Of a stretch of 64,000 bases of DNA, positions 54,058-64,000 are shown piece by piece. The stretch is from Acidobacteriaceae bacterium (GTDB lineage Bacteria; Acidobacteriota; Terriglobia; Terriglobales; Acidobacteriaceae). Numbering within the stretch: position 1 is the first letter of the stretch; each line of letters opens with the position of its first letter. The stretch covers positions 10,160 to 74,159 of the forward strand of contig PLGM01000350.1 in NCBI GenBank assembly GCA_003139795.1, read 5' to 3'. The position numbers were made by a program, and so were the translations under genes. A model generated the notes under the pieces. It was given only the letters and a program-made list of their open reading frames with translations, was not told the origin of the DNA and ran no database searches.

Positions 54058-54281
54058 GCCTGCCCTGCGTCTGGGCTGCTCTTCTGGAGCGGAATCGTGG
54101 CGCTCCAGAGTGGTTTTCCAATTCATGGGGCCCTGCCGGATGGTTGCAAGATGGTAACCCCTCCATGGGGAAATCATCTTATCGGCAGGGTCTTAGCTTT
54201 CTTTAATAATTGGAAAATCGCTCCATCCCCGGCGCAGGACCGGCTTCAGGACCGGCCAGCCGCGATTCACGTGGAGGCCTC

Positions 54282-55502
54282 ATGGAACCGATGCACAATA
54301 TTCCCGCCCGTGGCGGGTTGAACTTCGACGAGACCCCGTTTCTGGCCATCTGGGAGGTCACCCAGTCGTGTGACCTGGCCTGCAAACATTGCCGGGCGGC
54401 CGCCCAACCGATCGCTCATCCCGATGAGTTGACGAACGCGGAGGGGAAGGCGCTGATCGACCAAATCGCCGCGATGCACGTGCCGATTTTCGTGTTTACC
54501 GGCGGGGATCCATTGAAACGAAAGGACGTATTCGAGCTGATCCGCTACGCCGCGGACAAGGGCGTGCAGGTGGCGCTGACGCCGAGCGCAACGCCGCTGC
54601 TGACGCGGGAGGCCATTTTCAAGCTGAAAGAGGCCGGTCTGGTGCGGCTGGGCATCTCGCTGGACGGCTCGACGCCGGAGATTCACGACGCGTTCCGGGG
54701 CCTTCCCGGCGCGTGGGCGCGGACCATCCAGGCCATCGAGTGGGCCAACGAGGCGGGCATTCCGATCCAGGTGCATTCCACCATCAGCCGCCATAACGCG
54801 CACGATCTGGATAACTTATGCGCCTTGTTTGAAAAGCTGGCCATCGTGATGTGGAATGTGTTTTTCCTGGTTCCGGTGGGGCGCGGACAGATCGCCGACC
54901 TGCTTTCAGGCGAGGAATTCGAGCAGGTGTTCGGCAAAATCTATGAGTTGAGCCACCGGGTGAGCTTCCAGATCAAGACCACGGAGGCCATGCACTACCG
55001 GCGTTACCTCCTCCAGCACAACCTTGAAGAGCGGAAGATGGGGCACGGAAGCGGCCACCCTCACGCCGCTGCAGCCGCCCACAAATACGAGCCCGGCGCG
55101 CCCACGGCTGACGCCAAAACGCGCACCGCGAGCTGGGCCACGCGGCGCGTGAACGACGGTAAGGGATTCATGTTCATTTCCCACGTGGGCAACGTGTATC
55201 CGAGCGGGTTTCTGCCCATCCACGCCGGCAACATCCGCGAAACCCCGCTGGCCGAAATCTACCGCGAAGCGCCCATCTTCAAGTCGTTGCGCGATACCAG
55301 CAAGCTCGAAGGCAAGTGCGGCGCCTGCGAGTACAAGGAGATCTGCGGCGGTTCCCGCGCCCGCGCCTATGCCCTCACCGGCGATCCGCTGGCCGAGGAG
55401 CCGTGCTGCATCTATCAGCCGAGGAACTGGGACCCGGAGTTAGAGCAGAAGGCCGACGCCTTCCGCCACCTGGAGCCCTCCCAGACCCTGGTCGCGCTGT
55501 AG
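54282..55502 (+). CDS. radical SAM/SPASM domain protein (AhbD/NirJ-like class)
   Basis: CDLACKHC (CX3CX2C) near the N-terminus. C-terminal SPASM Cys cluster CGACEYKEICGGSRARAY...EPCCIY. ATG follows GGAGG. Confidence 0.85.
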   Translation: MEPMHNIPARGGLNFDETPFLAIWEVTQSCDLACKHCRAAAQPIAHPDELTNAEGKALIDQIAAMHVPIFVFTGGDPLKRKDVFELIRYAADKGVQVALTPSATPLLTREAIFKLKEAGLVRLGISLDGSTPEIHDAFRGLPGAWARTIQAIEWANEAGIPIQVHSTISRHNAHDLDNLCALFEKLAIVMWNVFFLVPVGRGQIADLLSGEEFEQVFGKIYELSHRVSFQIKTTEAMHYRRYLLQHNLEERKMGHGSGHPHAAAAAHKYEPGAPTADAKTRTASWATRRVNDGKGFMFISHVGNVYPSGFLPIHAGNIRETPLAEIYREAPIFKSLRDTSKLEGKCGACEYKEICGGSRARAYALTGDPLAEEPCCIYQPRNWDPELEQKADAFRHLEPSQTLVAL

Positions 55503-55540
55503 GCGCTGGCAGAAGCGGTCGAAAGGCCTGTGAAATGAGA

Positions 55541-55588
55541 GCCGGGCTTGGAAGCCGGGGACTAAAGTCTCGGACTTCCAAGCCCGGT
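55541..55588. terminator. 13-bp-stem hairpin between convergent radical-SAM and cydB genes; the loop carries a REP-like GGGGACTAAAGTC core
   Basis: CCGGGCTTGGAAG (55542-55554) pairs with CTTCCAAGCCCGG (55575-55587). Confidence 0.55.
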
Positions 55589-55618
55589 TCCACTTCAAAT
55601 ACGCTTTCCGGCCGGCTT

Positions 55619-56662
55619 TCAGTGGCTGGTGGAAGTCAGATCGACTTTGCCGCGGAATCTGGTGTAAACGAAGACGACGTAACCGACGGCCAGCGTCATT
55701 CCGAAAGCCCACCACACCAGTCCCACTGCCAGCGTATGCGGCCCGGAAATCGCCTTGGCCATTGTGATGTCGCGCTCAACACCTGTCGAGGCGGGCAGCA
55801 GCGTGGGATAAAGGCCCCAGCAGGCTCCGGCCAGCATGAAGAAGAGATAGAGGCAGGATGAGAGGAAGGCCTTGACGGGCTGGGCGTTTCTGTTGAAGAG
55901 CCAGATGCCGGCCAGGGAGGCGACGACGCCCACGGGAACGACGACTGTAAACGGGTAGTTGAAGTAGTTGTCCAGGCTGGCCGGGCGCACGTGGATGGTG
56001 GCGCCGAGGCTGATGACGGTGAGAACCGCCAACTGGATGCAAACCGGGCCGACGATGCGGCGGGCGCGGTCGGCGAGCTCGCCAGAGGTCTTGATGGTGA
56101 GCCAGAGAGCTCCGTGGAGCGTGAGCGCGACCAGGGCGACGATGCCGCCGATAACCGTGTACCAGTCGAGAATGCCGGGATGGGGACCGGTCTCCCAGTT
56201 GGTCCACAAGGGCAGGAAGAAGTAGCCGTCGGCCTGGAGAGGAACGCCGCGCAGGACGTTGGCGAGGGCGGCTCCGAAGAAGACGGCGAGCAGGGCGCTG
56301 GAGAGGCCGAAGACGCCGTCGAGCAGCGCGCGCCATACGCCTACGTCGATGTGGTTGCGAAGCTCGACGCTGATGCCGCGCAGGACCAGGAGCCAGAGCA
56401 CGATCATGAGAGGCAGATAGAAGCCGCTGAAGGCCGAGGCGTAGAGGAGCGGAAAGGCGAAGTAGAGGGTGCCGCCGCCGGCCAGCAGCCAGACTTCGTT
56501 GCCGTCCCAGACTGGGCCGATGCTGGCGAGGGTAACGCGGCGGTCGGCTTCGGTGCGAACGAGGAAGAGATGGAGTACGCCGACGCCCAGGTCGAAGCCG
56601 TCGAGCACGACGTAGGCGACGATCATTACGGCGACCAGCCAGAACCAGATGAAACCCATCAT
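55619..56662 (-). CDS. cydB: cytochrome bd ubiquinol oxidase subunit II
   Basis: MMGFIWFWLVAVMIVAYVVLDGFDLGVGVLHLF...GPVWDGNEVWLL is canonical CydB. ATG follows AAGGAG. Confidence 0.9.
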   Translation of the reverse strand: MMGFIWFWLVAVMIVAYVVLDGFDLGVGVLHLFLVRTEADRRVTLASIGPVWDGNEVWLLAGGGTLYFAFPLLYASAFSGFYLPLMIVLWLLVLRGISVELRNHIDVGVWRALLDGVFGLSSALLAVFFGAALANVLRGVPLQADGYFFLPLWTNWETGPHPGILDWYTVIGGIVALVALTLHGALWLTIKTSGELADRARRIVGPVCIQLAVLTVISLGATIHVRPASLDNYFNYPFTVVVPVGVVASLAGIWLFNRNAQPVKAFLSSCLYLFFMLAGACWGLYPTLLPASTGVERDITMAKAISGPHTLAVGLVWWAFGMTLAVGYVVFVYTRFRGKVDLTSTSH

Positions 56663-56708
56663 GGGAAACTCCTTTTTCTTCAGGCCTGCAAAGGGAGGGC
56701 GGTGATTG

Positions 56709-58055
<1,347 letters not shown>

Positions 58056-58185
58056 GGAGGAGCTCCTGTTTCAAGCGGCAGCGCAAAAAGTGGAAAAGGC
58101 TGCACTTGCCGGGCGCGCCGCAGGCTTGGAGCGGCGGGAAATCTGCAGGGAAGCGGCGGAAAACCCGGGCTTCACAGTGCTCTTT

Positions 58186-58203
58186 ATGTGATTTAAATCA
58201 CAT
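58186..58203. promoter_or_regulatory. perfect 18-bp palindrome ATGTGATTTAAATCACAT (CRP/FNR-type box) between cydA and hemY
   Basis: 10/10 match to TGTGA-N6-TCACA. ~139 nt from the cydA start and ~134 nt from the hemY start. TATGAT (58222-58227) lies 30 nt from the box centre on the hemY side. Confidence 0.5.
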
Positions 58204-58328
58204 GCAACACAGAGCCATCTCTATGATTCTAATTCTGCAAGGGGCGATTTTTCATTGAATTTGGAAGTTTCCCGCCGATGGACGCGCGTCGAGCTGGGAG
58301 CTGCTGTAATGATGGGGTGGAGTGAGCG

Positions 58329-59819
58329 ATGCGGACGGCGATCATTGGCGGTGGCATAGCGGGCTTGGCGGCTGCCTTTGAGATGGAAAAAGCGCGCGCG
58401 GCGGGCGCGGCAGTGGAGTACACGCTGTTTGAGGCGCGGGACACGCTGGGCGGTTGCTTGAGCTCGGAAGTGGTGGACGGCGCAGTCCTGGAGCGGGGAC
58501 CGGATTCGTTTTTGACCGAGAAACCGGCGGCCACGGAGTTGTGCCGGGAGCTGGGACTCGCGAGCGAACTGCTGCCCTCGAACGATGCGGCGCGCAAGAC
58601 CTATATTTTGGTGAAGAACCGGCTGGTGGCGCTGCCCGACGGGCTGATGTTCCTGGTGCCCACCAAGCTGATTCCGACGGCGCTCACACGGCTGTTCAGC
58701 CTGACCACTAAATTGCGGATGGGGCTGGAACTGCTGCACCCGCCGCGGCCAGGCGGGCAGGCGGACGAGGCGGTGGCGACGCTGGTGGAGCGGCACTTTG
58801 GCGCCGAGGCCGTGGACCGGCTGGCCGATCCGCTGCTGAGCGGGATTTACGGCGGGGATGCGGCGCAACTGAGCGCCCGGATGGTGCTGCCGCGGCTGGT
58901 GGAGATGGAGAGCGAGTACGGTTCGCTGACGCGGGGGATGCTGGCGGCGCATCGCAAGATGCGGGCCAGGGCCAGGGAAGCCGCGAAAAAGCCGGGGACG
59001 GCGAACGGCAAGGTCAATCGGCAGGCTGCCGGGAACGGACGGCCGGCGGCGCGGGCGATCTTTACGGCGCTGCGGGGCGGAATGGCGCAGTTGATCGGGG
59101 CTCTGGAGGCGCGGCTCGACCCGGCCTGGGTGCGGCGTTCGACGCCGGTGAGCGGGCTGGAAAAGGTGGTGGACGGCTGGAGGGTGGAGGCCGACGGAGC
59201 AGCGGAAATTTTCGATGCGGTGATTGTGGCCTCGCCGGCGTGGGCGGCGGGCGTGCTGCTGGGGCCGGTGGACGCGGCGCTGGGCGAGGATCTGAGCTCC
59301 ATTCCCTACTCTTCTTCGATCACGGTGAACTTGATTTATGACGAGGCCAGGCTGGGCCGGCTGCCGGATGGGTTCGGTTTTCTGGTTCCGGCCAGCGAAG
59401 GCCGCGCGATGCTGGCCTGCACGTTTGTGCATCGCAAATTTCTGGGGCGGACTCCGCCGGGGAAAGCGGTGCTGCGGGCCTTCCTGGGCGGGATGAAAAA
59501 CGAGGCCCTGCTGGCGGAGACGGACGCCGCGCTGGTGGCCACCGTGCGGAGGGAGTTGGCTTCCATTCTGGGCGAGGACGTGGTTGGACAGGGGGTCGAG
59601 CCGGAGCATACGCAGGTTTCGCGCTGGCGGCGGGCGATGGCGCAGTACGCCGTGGGCCACCAGGAGCGGGTGCGGCGGATCGCCGCGCGGGTGGCTGCGC
59701 TGCCGGGGCTGCGGCTGGCGGGAAACGCTTACGACGGCATCGGGATTCCCGACTGCATTCGGCTGGGACGGTTGGCGGCGCGGGAGCTGCTGGCAGCAAC
59801 TACCGACGTTAATATTTAG
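58329..59819 (+). CDS. hemY: protoporphyrinogen/coproporphyrinogen III oxidase (HemY/CgoX type, FAD)
   Basis: MRTAIIGGGIAGLAAAF...ARDTLGGCL...GPDSFL, and C-terminal GNAYDGIGIPDCI. Confidence 0.85.
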   Translation: MRTAIIGGGIAGLAAAFEMEKARAAGAAVEYTLFEARDTLGGCLSSEVVDGAVLERGPDSFLTEKPAATELCRELGLASELLPSNDAARKTYILVKNRLVALPDGLMFLVPTKLIPTALTRLFSLTTKLRMGLELLHPPRPGGQADEAVATLVERHFGAEAVDRLADPLLSGIYGGDAAQLSARMVLPRLVEMESEYGSLTRGMLAAHRKMRARAREAAKKPGTANGKVNRQAAGNGRPAARAIFTALRGGMAQLIGALEARLDPAWVRRSTPVSGLEKVVDGWRVEADGAAEIFDAVIVASPAWAAGVLLGPVDAALGEDLSSIPYSSSITVNLIYDEARLGRLPDGFGFLVPASEGRAMLACTFVHRKFLGRTPPGKAVLRAFLGGMKNEALLAETDAALVATVRRELASILGEDVVGQGVEPEHTQVSRWRRAMAQYAVGHQERVRRIAARVAALPGLRLAGNAYDGIGIPDCIRLGRLAARELLAATTDVNI

Positions 59820-59831
59820 TTATAGGGGTAT

Positions 59832-60225
59832 TTACTTCACGCCACCAGACATAACAGGTTGTGGTTTGAGCAAGGTTGCAAACGGGACGGACCCAACCTG
59901 CACGGCTTGTTGAGCCAATCGATAGAACAGTTTGCCGCGAGATTTGGATGTGCGGCGGTGGAATCGAAAGGTGAACTCGTCCAAGTAATGGTCCAGATGC
60001 TCCGGTCCAATCGCGCCCTGTTGAGTGCCCAGCAGCCATCGCTTCAGCATCGACCAGGCATCGGCTCCCGCGCACCGTGGACAGACCCATCCGCCGGGCC
60101 ATTCTTCGTCAGCACCCAATTGACGCCGATCTTGAAGCCCAAACCAGCAAGGTGCTTGAGCAGAAGCTCCTTACCAAAATCGCCAATGTCGCCGACGTAT
60201 TGTTCTTTCAAGTGTGCCTTCCGTT
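59832..60225 (-). mobile_element. decayed IS1595-family transposase remnant
   Basis: The fragment WSMLKRWLLGTQQGAIGPEHLDHYLDEFTFRFHRRTSKSRGKLFYRLAQQAV is a typical IS1595 C-terminus. Upstream pieces (EQYVGD..., GSVHGA) sit in another frame. Lower GC. Wedged between hemY and pyrG. Confidence 0.65.
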
Positions 60226-62525
<2,300 letters not shown>

Positions 62526-63029
62526 ATGGCTTTGCCCGACGATCTGCTGGAGCAAGCCCAGTTTCTGGTGCAGCGGGAGTAGCGGAGGCCGAGGCAGGCG
62601 AGTTTGCGACGAGCTGTCTCGACGTCCTACTACGCCGTGTTCCACCTTCTGTCGGCAAGCTCTGCATCCCAGGCAAGCCCGGCTGTGCCACTTGGGCTAA
62701 GTGAAAGAATTCAAAGATCTCTCGAACATGGTGCAATGAAGCAGGCTGCGAAGAGCTTCGAGTCCAGGCATCTTCCGGACCACATTAGGCCGTTTGTGAC
62801 CGATCCCATGCCCGCTGCCCTCGTTTCCGTCGCACGGAGTTTTGTTCGCTTGCAGGACGAGCGGCACAAAGCAGACTACGATGTCGCGCTCCGCTTTGAC
62901 CGCGCGGCAGCTCAGGATGCGGTTGCGCTCGCAACCCAGCTATTCGCGGATTGGGACGCGATCAAGAACACCGAGGACGCTCACGTCTTCCTCGCATCCC
63001 TGATGTTTTGGAAGCTCTGGTCGAAATAA
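62526..63029 (+). pseudogene. HEPN-like protein gene interrupted by an in-frame TAG (62580-62582)
   Basis: Reading from ATG 62526 gives MALPDDLLEQAQFLVQRE*RRPRQASLRRAVSTSYYAVFHLL...RLQDERHKADYD (R-x5-H HEPN-type motif). The track ORF restarts at TTG 62604 in the same frame. Confidence 0.55.
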
Positions 63030-63122
63030 CTCGTCTCGTTTGTTCGTTCGAGCAATTTCCCCCGGATTGGCTTGCGGCTAATGAATAGCCGCCTTTACGA
63101 TGCTCTACGGAAGGAGCCATTC

Positions 63123-64000
63123 ATGTCCACTGCAATAACTCAATTCCGCAAACTGGGCCGCACCGGCCCCGAGGTCTTTCCCATCGCCCTGGGCTGCATG
63201 GGTATGAGCGGAATGTATGGCGCAACCGACGATGCCGAGTCCATCGCCACCATCCATGCGGCCATCGATGCCGGCGTCAACCTGCTCGATACCGGCGACT
63301 TTTACGGCATGGGCCACAACGAGATACTCATCGGCCGCGCGCTCCGTTTCCAGCGCGATCAGGTGCTGCTCTCGGTCAAATTCGGCGCCCAGCGCGCCCC
63401 CGGCGGCGCCTGGCTCGGCTTTGACGGCCGCCCCGCCGCCGTCAAGACCGCGCTGGCCTATTCGCTCAAGCGCCTCGGCGTCGATTCCATCGACATCTAC
63501 CGCCCCGCGCGCCTCGACCCCACTGTACCCATCGAAGACACCGTCGGCGCCATTGCGGAGATGGTCAAAGCCGGCTACGTGCGCCACATCGGCCTCTCTG
63601 AGGTGGGCCCTGAAACCATTCGCCGCGCCGCCGCCGTGCATCCCATTGTCGACCTGCAGATCGAGTACTCGCTCATCAGCCGCGGTCCGGAAGCAAAAAT
63701 CTTCCCGGTCCTCGACGAACTCGGCATCGGAACCACCGCCTATGGAACGCTCTCGCGCGGTTTGCTCTCCGGCTCGCAGCCCGCCGCGGCGGGAGACTTT
63801 CGCGCCTGGCTGCCGCGCTTCAAGGCAGACAACCTGGTCCGGAATCAGCAGCTTGTCGCCCGGCTTAGCCAGATCGCCCACGGCAAGAGCATCACCCAGG
63901 TGCAGTTGGCCATCGCCTGGGCGCTGGCCAAGCGGAGCTCCATCGTTCCCGTCATCGGCGCCCGCAGGCGCGCGCAACTGGTCGAGAGCCTGGGCGCGCT
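63123..64000 (+). CDS. aldo/keto reductase (5' part; runs off the window end)
   Basis: My own translation from ATG 63123 (after GGAAGGAG): MSTAITQFRKLGRTGPEVFPIALGCMGMSGMYG...LLDTGDFYG...SVKFG...IDIYRPARLD...HIGLSEV. It is absent from the ORF track because there is no stop codon within the window. Confidence 0.85.
   Translation, partial: MSTAITQFRKLGRTGPEVFPIALGCMGMSGMYGATDDAESIATIHAAIDAGVNLLDTGDFYGMGHNEILIGRALRFQRDQVLLSVKFGAQRAPGGAWLGFDGRPAAVKTALAYSLKRLGVDSIDIYRPARLDPTVPIEDTVGAIAEMVKAGYVRHIGLSEVGPETIRRAAAVHPIVDLQIEYSLISRGPEAKIFPVLDELGIGTTAYGTLSRGLLSGSQPAAAGDFRAWLPRFKADNLVRNQQLVARLSQIAHGKSITQVQLAIAWALAKRSSIVPVIGARRRAQLVESLGA

Noticed and set aside
58221-59660. 479-aa ORF antisense to hemY; similarly 56706-58196 antisense to cydA and 63105-63977 antisense to the terminal AKR
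   Set aside because: Extreme Arg/Pro/His composition. The opposite strands carry canonical HemY, CydA and AKR sequences.

Overview
High-GC bacterial chromosomal segment. The gene content suggests an Acidobacteriota-type soil bacterium: a tricorn-like protease, a CRTAC1/ASPIC-UnbV protein, many exported hydrolases and short-period REP-like intergenic repeats. The taxon is inference only. I call about 55 protein-coding genes or pseudogenes. I found no rRNA, tRNA or CRISPR array. Blocks from left to right: (1) exported peptidases (tricorn homologue, S9 peptidase); (2) a divergent beta-glycan locus with GH9, an SSF transporter, a GH94 cellobiose phosphorylase, an aldo/keto reductase, a cellobiose-2-epimerase-like gene and a GH130 mannosylglucose phosphorylase; (3) an XRE-NfeD-micropeptide-flotillin-PspA membrane-stress operon whose spacers are filled with short-period repeats; (4) a five-gene porin-cytochrome (MtrAB/MtoAB/PioAB-like) extracellular-electron-transfer cluster with two tandem monohaem cytochromes and a 3-TM multihaem inner-membrane cytochrome, divergently paired with a Crp/Fnr regulator that has an N-terminal Cys motif; (5) mnmG; (6) an ABC transporter plus an orphan sensor kinase with degenerate catalytic motifs; (7) a patchwork of visibly lower-GC mini-modules (BrnTA, glycine-zipper protein, retropepsin-like protease pair, IS remnants, HEPN-like gene with an in-frame TAG); (8) a low-oxygen block (tandem Usp, radical SAM/SPASM, cydAB, hemY), then pyrG. 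The most interesting result is the electron-transfer cluster together with five TGTGA-N6-TCACA-type boxes. All five lie in divergent intergenic regions and link the cluster to the usp, radical-SAM and cydAB/hemY promoters, which implies one Crp/Fnr-type low-oxygen regulon. All family calls rest on motif recognition by eye; no database search was possible.
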